Shown piece after piece: positions 27,819-39,501 of a DNA stretch of 64,000 nt (positions are counted from its first letter, which is position 1; each line of letters begins with the position of its first letter). The position numbers and the translations under genes were made by a program. Origin of the DNA: Rotaria socialis (taxonomy: Eukaryota); NCBI GenBank assembly GCA_905331295.1, contig CAJNYD010000105.1, forward strand, positions 1-64,000, given 5' to 3'. The notes beneath the pieces were generated by a model, which was not told where the DNA came from, did no database searches, and saw nothing but the letters and a program-made list of their open reading frames with translations.

Positions 27819-30179
27819 TATCATCTGATCAGCGCACCAATCTCATTTCAAAATCATTTCTTCTTCCGTTTTGACACTTCCGGCCGAGCCAAAGCAGTAA
27901 TCAATCATTCGGAGTGGAGAAAATGTAGTCTTAACCTCGATCATCAAGAAGACAATATTGGAGAAAAAAGAATTTTCCCGGCCGGAACTTAATATTATAG
28001 TTATGCTCTGTATGATTGTAAATAAATTATCCTATAAATCAAAACAAATCGCGATAAATGATCCAAAAACGTGCTATTCGTTCTCGTTATATAAGGAAAT
28101 CCCTGATAACAAAGATGATTTTCAGATGTGATAGAAATATAATTACAAAAGGATTTTCTCTAGAGTCAAAATCAAACTAGACTTATCGGCAGCAGAATCA
28201 GAAAAACTTCATCTCGAGCACCTCTGCATAGACTTAATGATTCACCAGAATGAACGCGTAAAGGCTAGAAAATGGCAAACGGATTAACGATAAACTATAG
28301 TTATTTTTATTTTTAATTGAATGCGAAATGCGATATAAAGCTAAAATTGTTTTTCTGGTTGCATGTTATGTAAAGCAAACAGAACATTTTACCTCACATA
28401 ATGGTAGAATAATTCCTTTGAAGAAGGCACTTGGTTTAAATAAAGCTTTTCTTAATGCCTATACACAAAATATAACGAATAATTTTCTTTTAAGAATGAA
28501 ACAGCCTACCATATAAAGATGAAAATTAAGTTTTTTGTATTCATCTATATCATCACGAATACGTGGAAGTAAAAGAATGTTATAAAATCTATTCGTAGAA
28601 ATGAAATATACTAAATATGAATAACGACAAATCTACCTTTGAGCCATTTTAGCATCCATATTTGAAGCAAATATTCGTGTTGCTTGATACATTGATGCTG
28701 CAGTCCAACGATCCGGTTGTGTTATGAGAAGAACCTGAAAAGAAATTGTTTTTTTTTATAAATATTTATTTGGTTACAGATTTAAAAAAAACACTTTTAT
28801 TTACCTGCTCCCAATTGGATAGATTTGGAAGGATTTTAAATGCTTTTGGTATTTTGCCACTTCGATAATGAGAAAGAATTTGACCGACTTGTTCATACAT
28901 GCTGGAAATACGTGGATCAAGATCATTATCAGCTAAAAGCCGACAAAAAAAATTCGATTACTACTTGTTATTATTATTAAATTATAGTTTTCTAACGAGA
29001 TGATTCAGTTTTTGCTTGTTTTTCGGCAATAATATCGCCAAGCATACGTCGTGGTTGCCCACTCATAAATGCTTCAAGTGCTTTTTCATCTTCTTCATTG
29101 ATCTATGTTTTTGATTAAATAATCATATCGAGATTATAAAAAAAACGAGGAGTCGAATAGAATTGAATTTTTCTTACCGAAACTTCTTCATCATCATATT
29201 GGTCTTCTTCATCATTTAACTCTTCGTCACTTTCTTCAACTTTAGTTTTTTTCAATTTATTTATTTTATCTATTGATTCAAAATCTCTAGAAAACAAAAG
29301 ATGCAAATATTTATGCATAATTAATATTACATCAATTCTATTTAATATTCTTACGTTTCTTCTTTACTAATAGCTAAGAGTTCATCATGATCGATTTCAC
29401 TTTGTTGTTCACGAGCTTGTTGAATAATTTTTCTTGATAGACGATCATCAATGATCTATTTCAAAAATATTATGCATTCAGTTGACTTTATAATATAGAA
29501 ATGAATCGTTTTTTGTTGTTGACATGAACTCAACTAGATTGTGCATCAATGCGGAGGAGTTGCTGACTATTTTTTAGTACGGACTTTCAAGTAATTTATT
29601 TCAATGAACTCTATTCGATCTCATTTATGGAGTATTCCAACAGTTTTGATCATTTTAATCTCATGCCATGATTTTACTAACGATTGTTTTGATATATTCG
29701 TAGGAAATGAAAACACTGTAAAAGAAATAACTTATATAATAGTTTAAAATATTCATTTTGAAGAATCGCTAGTGTTATAAACGCAACTAGATAAGATCAA
29801 GGTGAACTGCTCATGATAACACTTACGAAACTTCCAACAAAAGAATAAACAGCGTCGTTTTTAGCAATGCTTCAGACTCGATCTGTAACCTAGAATTTTT
29901 TATGCAAATGACTTGCTTTTCTATATGTTGCCTATTATAGTCTGTAGTAAAATCCACATGAAATAAAAACTGGTGCGTTTCTATATTTAGAAGTTAACAT
30001 GAACAGACAAAAAAAATCTAACTAACTTGCTCATCTTCTTCATCGTCGTCATGTTTTCGTTTTTGTTTTAGTCGATTTTTTTTACTCGTAACGCTTCGAT
30101 CTTGATTAAGCTGTTCCGTTAAGCTTCCAGGCACTTGTACTGGATCACCATGACTTCGAGTTTTTGACGGTCGATGCAT
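26863..30179 (-). CDS. BYSL: Bystin (pre-40S ribosome factor Enp1), multi-exon
   Basis: Exons encode [106 protein letters not shown] and [10 protein letters not shown]. Start assigned to ATG 30179. Confidence 0.92.
27787..27815. repeat. (AG)n microsatellite
   Basis: Direct dinucleotide run in a bystin intron. Confidence 0.9.
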
Positions 30180-30332
30180 GTTATGAGCTTTCTTTTCTCC
30201 TCTAGAGATAAATAAAATATGATTGGAAAGTAATTTTATCTTTTCATCAAGGACATGTCAAATTAGTAAAACAAACACAGCAAAAAATCACATTTCTATT
30301 GCAAAAGAAAAAACACAAGTAAAAAAGCTTTC

Positions 30333-30633
30333 TTATTCTCGCTTGGCTAATGTATTAAGTTGTTCCCGAATTCTTGTAAAATTATCCAAAACAAGATTAA
30401 GTGTTTCTTTGGATAATTCAACTTGAACGGATTTTTCAGTTTCACCATCTGATTTTGTTGGATCGTTTATCTAAAAGAAAAAGAAGACGATTTATTGGTT
30501 AGATAGAATACGAAATTCGTCTACAAACATCTAACGAAAGAACACATGATGGTTGTTGAATACGTTGACCATTGGCAGCAGGTAACAATTTCATATCAAT
30601 ATACCAATTAAAGTCTTTCAATTGAGGAAGCAT
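30333..30633 (-). CDS. COMMD9: COMM-domain protein, COMMD9-like (two 3' exons; 5' exon uncertain, candidate 31896-31958)
   Basis: Exons 30529-30633 (MLPQLKDFNWYIDMK...PSCVLSLD) and 30333-30470 (...VQVELSKETLNLVLDNFTRIREQLNTLAKRE*) match the COMM domain, including the COMMD9-type VELSKETL..L...IR.QL. Not in the ORF track. Confidence 0.7.
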
Positions 30634-33626
30634 CTGAAACAAAAATAAATTGATTTATTCTAAACATTCTCATCATATATTTCATAATAATAAAGATCAT
30701 CACTAAGCGATACGATGCATGATCGTATTTTTCGGCTAATTTTATCCATTAAATTTTTTTGTTTGATTTCTCAAGACTAATATTATCATTTTCTCATCTA
30801 TGACTAATGTATTGTTGCCTGAAATGTATACATATAGTTTGATTTTCGCGGCATCTTTAATAATAATTCGTTATTGATGATATTATGATCAATATTAGCT
30901 TAAGTAGGAATCGATTAATCAGATATGTAACTAGACAGTTGGCTAGGTTTTTTTTACATTATCATCAACACGAAAAATTATCGTCAGATAACGTGGTTGA
31001 ACCGAATAATCTATTCGATGATATGATTAATCACTTTAAACCGTTAATTTGAAATTCAAGATGTGGCGTTCGAGACATACTGATACAACCTCTAAAATCA
31101 ATAAGAAGCGTTTTTATAAACAAAATAGAAAAGACGAGAGTTCTTTTTCCAGAAAGAAAGAACTAACTCGCCAGAAGTAAGAAGAACAAGACGAGAAGAA
31201 TCGACTGCTGAAATGGCTGAGTCATTTACATAAAAGTTGATTTGCTGGTTAATATTTAGCAAGATATAAAACTAACGCCACTTACGACGCAAATCTAAAA
31301 AATGGGATTAACCAATCAGAAACGTTTTTTTTCTCCACATGCTATATCACATTTATTATGAAAAAAAAGAGAAGACATTTGCCTTAGAATTTTGTCATAT
31401 GCAATTTAAAATAAATAATATGTCCATAATACTATTATTAAAAGAAATTTATCTTTAAATTTCTTAAGTTAAGAGCTTTCAAAATAGTGCTAAATTAAAG
31501 ATAATTATTATCATTTAAAATTTTTCTCATATGTCACACGAGATGTCACATAGAATATATCGTGAAATATTGTAATTACTCGAATAGGAAACGATTTTTT
31601 TGTCAATACAATGCTCATTCAGATTTCCATTTTTGGTGCTGTTCTATCTAGTTTATCAAACAGGAATTGATGCTACTTTTTTTTCTATTGATTTTAACTC
31701 CATCTCATGGCATACTTCATTCGAATTTACTATTTTAAATCTTAATTTACCATGATGAATGTCTTTCATTCACTACTAATATGATAGATAGTTCGAATTG
31801 CATTATATAAACAGACATCTCATATTGCTGCATAAATCCAAAGTGATAATACATAAGAAAGTGCGAGAAACTAATTATTCTAATAGGAAACAAACGTCCC
31901 TATCGGCCTGGTTTGATGAAATTGGAGAAAGACGTGCGTCCTTTTCGCTTGACGTCATCCGTTCATTTCGTCTCCTAGATCTTGCATGCTTAATAACGAG
32001 TATTTATTAAGATGTTACACGGTATAGTACATCAAACAAGGCATTTCTTTTCATAGTTAATGAAATAAATTTTGAAAGTCACACCGATCGTTTTCAAATA
32101 CTGAGTAAAAACTAGCAAATACGAATAGCCTACATTCTTCTAAGAAATGCACGATTTGTGCAACAACACAATCGTAAAAGTATCGTTTGTTTCACAATGA
32201 TCGAAAATAGTTTCAGGATAAGAAAAGTACATTTAATATTTATAAGCCGATTATCCACTATTATGATTATTTTTCTTGACAAGACTTCTTATAGAAAAGA
32301 AAACACACAGTAATGAGAGGATTTTCCGACAGGCAATTAAATTTTCAACAATATATTTCTCTATTATGACGTTTGGGCACCTGTTTCTGAGCGTTATTAT
32401 TATTATTATTATTAAATATATTCGTGATATGATTTTTGTTTCATGAATTCATCTGGTTGGTCTGTGCATCATCTTGCATAATCATACTGTTCTTTAGTCG
32501 GAACAATTGTTGATAAATCGATTAGTTAAATACACCGGATATATTATAGGTCAATATTTGCTATTACGCATATCAGACTGTGCTCATTAGTACGAATGTT
32601 TTTGCGTGAATACTAACGAACGTTTTCATCATGTATATTTGTTTTTTCGGGATTTTCATAGCTGAATGAAAGAAAACAATGAATAATTGTTTTTGACACT
32701 TTTATGCTGATTGGAAATATGCTTTCATTTGCATGTTAGACACATTTGAATATCTCATTGGAAACGTTATGACACATTAACGAAACACAATAGACGAACA
32801 AATTATGTTTATAGCCGCTGTTAATTGTCTCTTGTTCGTTTTTGAATAGGTTCTATGATGAAAGTTAGTGTAAACGTTTTCTTCGTGCATTATGTGATTG
32901 AATGGCTTCGCATATTCACTTGATTTTCAATTCCCTTGCTGTGATCATTTATTTGAAAGCGATATGATATATGCTCGTAGTCCAATTTCTTTTCCAGTGG
33001 ACTATCGAACCAAACATAACTTAGTATAGCAAAAACTTGAAATTCTATCTTTGAACACCCAAAAAGGAGCATTATTTAGTTTCTAAAAGAATTGAATAAA
33101 AATTTATTACTAAATTTTTTTCCCCACTACCATAAATTGTTCTTATTATGTCACAGTCCATTAATAGAAAAACAAGTAGCTCGAAGTAATGATTAACGTT
33201 TTCTTTATGACAATATCATCAAGTTGTGATTGTCACGAATGTGGGTGTGAATCCTACGTGCAATCTATTTACAACGCATAATTTCGAACACGAGCAATAC
33301 AAGTAAAATATTGTGATGCACTCAAATAATAAAATTTTATTTTCTGCCCACATCTTTTTTATATTAATGCGAGTTTAGCAATTGCTGAGGTTTGATGCAG
33401 CAACGAAACGTTCAATCAAACGCATTCAGATGAGTTGATCAAAATCAAAATTGTCGGCGTAACTTCGATATCATGTATGTCAGACACTTTCATTGCGGTT
33501 TTTAATCATTGTGATTTTCGTTTCATAATGAAATACACATCTTTCTGAGTTCTTACTCAAGAGATGGGTTAGCAAATATGACGCACACATCTTTTGTTAT
33601 TGTGAAACATGATGCAAGTTTCAAAG

Positions 33627-33633
33627 TATAAAA
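33627..33633 (+). promoter_or_regulatory. TATA box upstream of the rvt start codon
   Basis: TATAAAA ~65 bp before ATG 33698. Confidence 0.45.
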
Positions 33634-34550
33634 AGGCACGTATCCGTTTGTTGAAACTAACTAGATTACAGTTGACACAGAGAAAGTTGAAAAGGGAATG
33701 TCCTTATCTATGCCAAATGCAAACACAACAACATCGGTGACAATGCCACCGGATCGCGAAGCACTTAGTTTAATGGCAAACTTAAAGTTAGATCGATTTA
33801 AATTGGGAAAACAAAAATTCGATGAAGAATATGCTGAGATTATGAAAAAGAATAATGATGCAACACTATCTTTATTAGATAAAGTTCAAATGTTAAAGTA
33901 AGTTTATTTGGTGAAGCTAGTAAAGAACGATATTTAAAAAATTTCGATGAACTATTGACTATAACTCAAGTCAATACATCGACTTCGAATGCTTTGCTGG
34001 AACATTTTCGTCAGCAATTCATGAAAGCGATTGTTGGTGGTAAAACGCGTTCAGAATACAATTATTTGTTTGCTTTAATTATGTCTCAGGGGTTCTCAGC
34101 GCAACATAACGAACATACACCAGTGGAAGTTCAAACGACTAGTGGAAGTTTATCAACTGTTAAAGAGTTAGAAAAGATTTTTTTTTTGAGCAACCACAGT
34201 TGGATTTAGATAGTTGGCATAGTTTTCTTTGCAAACTGTTTTTATTCTTTGAAAACGATCTTAAATTGAAAGATACTCTCGAACAAGTCAGACATTATTG
34301 AATCTCTTGATGCTTGATTTAGCCGATTGGAACTGGCCTACTCAAGGTGTACGTGGCATCCTTTCGACGAAATATCGTTGAAAGATATCGATACTTCTAT
34401 GGAGAGGATTTTCTTACTGCTATTCTTCTCGAGCACTTAGGCTTAAAATGGAGCTACCGTTTTAAAAGCGAATTAAAATTATTTTTCATCGCCTTGACAA
34501 AAAAAGTCTCGAGATAATTGCTTGTTAAACTCTATTGAAGACGAACGCTC

Positions 34551-35562
34551 GGCTTGTCCACGTAACGCGCTACTTCGCTGGTTATGCTTTAAAAATTTAT
34601 TTTTTCGATATAGACACATCTAAGCGTATTCTCTGGTATAGTTTTTTACGCTGATTGTGAATTTGGACTTTTTTCTTAAGAAAACTCGGGTTTTAAAGCT
34701 TTTAAAAACTGTATTTTCAATTTTCTAACCAAGAAATTTAAAACAAAAATTCAGAGTAATATACCATTCGATGCGGAATTTGATTCTCTACAAAATGGCC
34801 TATTAATGTTTTACTCTCATTCTTCAGGACAACTTCTAAGCTCTTGTACAGTTCTAACTTACTGTACCATTATTAAGCTCGTATTTCGATGTAGCAACTT
34901 GATTTTTTACAGAAGGATACATGCAGGGCAGTGATCAATATATATATATAAACATTAAATACTTTTAAGCGTGTTAACCCATGTAAAAAAATTGGATTAA
35001 TAATCAGATTAAAAATCTATTATAATGACACTATTTTAATCGGATTTAATCAGCTTTTTCAGCCTCAAACAGCAGATTATTTTTGATTCTGACTTTATTT
35101 TAATCCATTATAATAGCTTTGTAGGTAATCAATTAAAATACATTCAAAATCAAAAATAATCTGCCTGTTAAGGTTGACAAATCTGATTAAAATCAGATTA
35201 TGATAGTGGCCTTAAAATAGATTTATAATCGCATAAAAATCAATTATAATCAGATTTTTTACGATTTTGTTTTACATGGGAAGTGCTTCAAATTTGGTCG
35301 ACCAAAAAACGTGCCACAGCGTTACGTTTGTTTTTTGCATTTTTAATCTGAACGTAAATAGTTTAGAAAAAATATTTTTTACTGCTTGAAAGCCCATTCA
35401 ATTTTCTACGAAACTGGTACCATACGCATTTCATTTGAAGAAATGATTTGTCAAAAAATTAGAGCTTTATAAGCAGCCCTAGAAAAAAGGGTCCTGCTTT
35501 GCCAAAGTGTTACGCGATGATAAAATTTTTCTAGAAGCGCGAGAATTCAGTCGAACTAGGCC
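34551..35562. mobile_element. Non-coding insertion (degenerate TIR element) interrupting rvt
   Basis: rvt homology stops at ~34550 (SIEDERS) and resumes after ~35563. The ends GGCTTGTCC...CGCGCTACT and AGAAGCGCG...GAACTAGGCC are imperfectly inverted. TSD unclear. Confidence 0.5.
34978..35280. mobile_element. CACTA/CMC-like fold-back MITE nested in the insertion within rvt
   Basis: TIRs CCCATGTAAAA / TTTTACATGGG with 2-bp TSD AA on both sides. Body is largely an inverted repeat with many AATCAGATT/AATCTGATT subrepeats. Confidence 0.75.
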
Positions 35563-37335
35563 ACTCTTTCAACATTAATAGATTATGATAAGCTGCGTCG
35601 AATTACGTTTGAACGACCTTATTAAGTCTTATGCCTTTCGAGATAATTGCAAAACAATTTGTCAAAATGTCACAACGTTATTTGATGCAGTGGCATGAGT
35701 TTTGGACGGCTTTACTGCCGGATGAACCCAGTAGTGATAGTGATTCAAATTCATTTAATTATGCTAATACGGATAAACTCGATTTAGAATCAAAATTATT
35801 CTATTTGATCAATACTGAAGTTCAGTTGAGTCAAATCTTAAAACCGAATACACCATTTACTGTTGTAACAGGTGATCCTGAATGGTTTGGGTCATCGGTT
35901 CCACATGAAATTATTCGAGTATTTCTTAAATTGTGTGACATGCCAGAGGTGTGGTGCAAGTTTTTTGATCGTTTTCTCAAGCAACCCGTCTATTATAAAT
36001 CTAATGAAAATATTCGTCAACATTGATGAATGAATATGCACAAATTTCGAGTCGTAAATTCCATAAAGAAAAATATGGTTCGATTCAAATTCATCCATCA
36101 GTTGTTGCAAGTCAGGTTGAAATATCATCAACAAGTTCATCATTACCCGATAATGATATTCGATGTGGTCTACTGACTCTAAAATCACCTGGTCGTTTTA
36201 CTATTGATAAAAGAATGAATCAAACCATTCCTTGATGAAATCAGAAAACGATTAAAACATGCAAAAACTATTTTAGAATGGGTTAAACTCTATAACGAAT
36301 GCGTATCTTTCTTCATGCGTAATGTTGTAAGATGTGGAAATATTTTGGGTGCGGATCCTATTGCGCATATCATTGAAACAAATTTCAATTTATTCATCGA
36401 TATGTCTTTGCTGAAACGAATCGCAATACTTTGGCGGCTGTTAGAAATCGCATTGCTGAACAGCTTCCAGGTTGTTTGTTCGTTGAAATTTGTGCAGCTT
36501 GGTTCTATTGGCCATTGACCAAAGGTGGTCTGGATTTGAAAAATGTCCACTTTACTCTATACAGTATTCAAAAATATTTCATGCGGAACAAGATTAGTAC
36601 GTTAACACTCTGAACGATATATTGAATTAGTAACTGATTATAGAAGAGCAAAAAAAAAGGGACGACTAACAAAGCTAGCAGAATATATTCATGATGATCT
36701 AGAACTCATCACTTTTGATGAATACAAATAACGTCGTGAAACTCATCATCTGCACTGGAGCGATGTTTATATGGATATGTTAAGCATCACTTCATCGTCA
36801 TCGCCTACTTCGAACCACGATATTGGCCAAGATATAACGATCTTTACAGATGCATTTACATCGAAGTCATGTTATAAAAAAATTAGGTACAATAAAGATA
36901 ATGATAATTATTTACGTTGGTTACTCTTTTATTGTGGTGAACAAATTCAATCTACTTTTAATCAATTAGATTTTATCGATAGCGACAATATACCAATCGA
37001 TTTGGTAACATTAATGAAAACAACGAAAATTGATCGGGAACAAGAGCCCAACGACGACGACGACGAATAGAATGAAAATGTTTGATTAAATTTGATTAGA
37101 AAAATATTTCTTTTTTTTCGTTCACAATGTGAATCGATTCATTTTATAAATAAATTTACTCTATATAGCCTTCTCTTAAATTTAGTGAACATAGAATGTT
37201 ACTATCTCAAAAATTTCAGTGGATGAAGTCATTCTAGAAGGTAGCCTCGGAGCCATTGAGAAACGAGATTTTTTTTTATGCAATTATTCAAAACTAAAAT
37301 ATGCGTAAAATTTTTTGTAAAACCAAAAAAAGTAT

Positions 37336-38793
37336 TCAGCATACAAATTCCAAATAACCACTAGCAATAAAAATATCCATACATTTCTTATAGGCATCGG
37401 CTGCTTTTCTGTAATATGTATGTGCTTGAGGGAAATTACCTGAACGATGACATATATCTCCCATGTTGCGCAACGTTAGAACCGTAGTCCATTGTGCTGA
37501 CGGAGATGATTGTCTTGTGACTTTTATGGCACGTTTATGATAGTCGAGAGCCGTCTTATAATCACCTAAATTTGCAAATATATAGCCTAAATTTCGACAA
37601 GTTTGAGCAAAAACTGGCTGCTCAGCGAGTAATTGTCTACGGCATATCATCAACGAAGTCTTAATTAATTGAATCGCCAGTGAATCTTTACCGAATAAAT
37701 GATAAATATAACCGACATTGTTTAAGCAGTAGATGATGTGAAGATCGTCATAATGATATTTTGTATCACATTGCGCATAGATTTGTATAGCTTGAATCCA
37801 TTCGTTGGAAAGTTTTAAAAGATTCTTTTGTTTCCATTCAACAAGTGCTTTTATCTGAAGAACATGAGCCCATTCGATGGGTCTACTAGTAAATGGTAGT
37901 TCTCGATTTGTGTTATCTGAAAGAGATTTTATTTCGCTAATCCTAGCCGAATGTGGTCGCCTGTCATCTATCGTCGTGTTTATACGAGTATCATCATTCT
38001 CATAGGAATTTAATTTTAATAAACAATCATTCAATGAAACCAATGCAGATTGTTGTATAAATGCCGGCTCTGCTATTGCGGTTTCGAGTCCGCAAACCCA
38101 TACATTGTCCTTTGTGTCGAATTCACATTTTGTGACTCGAAATCGAATACCAAAATCGAGTAGAAGTGCATGTTCTGATGTGGTAATATCAGTATCGAGA
38201 ATTACAGGTGAATTCAAATCTATATTTATTTCAAAGAGTAATAAATTGGATTCAGTTGTTTGAGTCTTTTGGGACGAATATTCGAGTGCAACATCTTTGC
38301 TTCTACTTGCTGACATAAATGATCTATTAGTAACCAGTTGACCAACAAGACTTTCCAGTGTTTTTCGTTCGCGTTCCGATAGTCTTATCACTCGGTAGAG
38401 AATACTTCTCGATGCGTTAATTTCAGTTTTCAGAAATGAACTATTTAATCCAGTGCGTTGATGTTTTGACGTACAGATTCGTTCATGCAAGTCAGTGATA
38501 TAATGGCGTAGTAAGTATATGTGCTCGACGTTTCCAGTGTTTAAAGCCTCATTTACACATTGAAAAATAAAATTTTCTCGTTGATACCATTCAACAGCAC
38601 GATCGGCGTGATAATTTCTTACCAAGTCTTTGATATCATGTGGTGTAATACGCCGTTTTCTTTGGAGTTCATAACAGAAATCGAATAAGGCTGGTTTGAT
38701 CAGAGCGTTCTCATTTTTTGTTAGAAAGTCAGCTCGTGAAAAATTTGCGCGTCTCAATCTCTTCGGTCGTAATAATGATAATTCAGTGAACAT
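37336..38793 (-). CDS. ADP-ribosyltransferase-like domain + TPR-repeat protein, single coding exon
   Basis: 485-aa intact ORF. AVEWYQRENFIF..VNEAL, LYRV, FMSASRSKDVAL, LLFEI.I and E.ALL...GIRFRV match the R-S-E ART fold pattern. C-terminal TPRs (CLNNVGYIY, CRNLGYIF..LGDY..ALDYH.RA, LRNMGDIC...GNF..A..YY.KA). Confidence 0.78.
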   Translation of the reverse strand: MFTELSLLRPKRLRRANFSRADFLTKNENALIKPALFDFCYELQRKRRITPHDIKDLVRNYHADRAVEWYQRENFIFQCVNEALNTGNVEHIYLLRHYITDLHERICTSKHQRTGLNSSFLKTEINASRSILYRVIRLSERERKTLESLVGQLVTNRSFMSASRSKDVALEYSSQKTQTTESNLLLFEINIDLNSPVILDTDITTSEHALLLDFGIRFRVTKCEFDTKDNVWVCGLETAIAEPAFIQQSALVSLNDCLLKLNSYENDDTRINTTIDDRRPHSARISEIKSLSDNTNRELPFTSRPIEWAHVLQIKALVEWKQKNLLKLSNEWIQAIQIYAQCDTKYHYDDLHIIYCLNNVGYIYHLFGKDSLAIQLIKTSLMICRRQLLAEQPVFAQTCRNLGYIFANLGDYKTALDYHKRAIKVTRQSSPSAQWTTVLTLRNMGDICHRSGNFPQAHTYYRKAADAYKKCMDIFIASGYLEFVC

Positions 38794-39501
38794 AATTGAT
38801 TTCTTTTTTCTAATGCCGAAATCTAGAATATTTCAGAAGTGTGAAGCATTGATTTTGGTAGCTCACCCTTGAGTCAATACGATTTTGATTTACTTATATT
38901 CGAAATTTGAAGGTAAAAGAAAGTCTCTAGTGACTTTATTGATTTACACTCTTTTCTTATAAATTTCACGGCCATGTGTGTGTGTGTGCATTATATGTGT
39001 TTGCCGAAGCAAACAGCTACTCACGCTACCAATGCTTTGAGTAAAAACAAGAAGCAATAGAAAAAGAATCCGCATTGAAGTTATGACAACATATTCGAAC
39101 AGAAACATCTCACCCATATATCGATATAGTCCTTCGTTTATTCTTATGTAATGATACAATTCAATCTATGACTTTTAATTGAAGTTAATAATAAAACTTT
39201 CCCAAGAAATAGCCGATGAAATTTACATAGTCTAAAAGCGACATCTCGTTACTTGAAGGTGTGACGGACGGAGAAGGCACCAACTGATAGAAGATAAATA
39301 AAAATAAATATATTTATTGAGATCATGTTAAGAAATCAGATTGGTTCTTAAAAGAGCCAACCATGCATTGATTAACGCAAGGGTGACAATGACAACAAGC
39401 ATATGCAATGCTAATCATCGGACATATTAAAAAATAAACGACACACACTCTACATCTATAGGGATTGTTTTTTTGCTTGATTTGTTTCCAATAATCACAT
39501 T

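Larger units (their letters stand above)
33698..37070 (+). pseudogene. rvt: Decayed rvt (reverse-transcriptase-related cellular gene)
   Basis: Fragments in several frames in rvt order: coiled-coil N-terminus (LSLMANLKLDRFK), RSEYNYLFALIM, LNLLMLDLADWNWP..GV..FRRNI.ERYRYFYGEDFLTAILLEHLGLKWS, TVVTGDPEWFGSSVPHEII..FL.......W.KFF.RFL..P, KYGSI, LPDNDIRCGLL.L...GRF.ID, ILEWVKLYN....F, WFYWPLTKGGLDLKN, YLRWLLFYCGEQI..TF..LDFID...IPIDLV. Contains frameshifts, stops, deletions and a TE insertion. Confidence 0.85.

Noticed and set aside
33698..37070. Interpretation of the RT-like fragments as a retrotransposon, retron or CRISPR-associated RT
   Set aside because: No LTRs, endonuclease/integrase, poly-A tail with TSD, msr-msd or CRISPR array seen. 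The motif order matches rvt.
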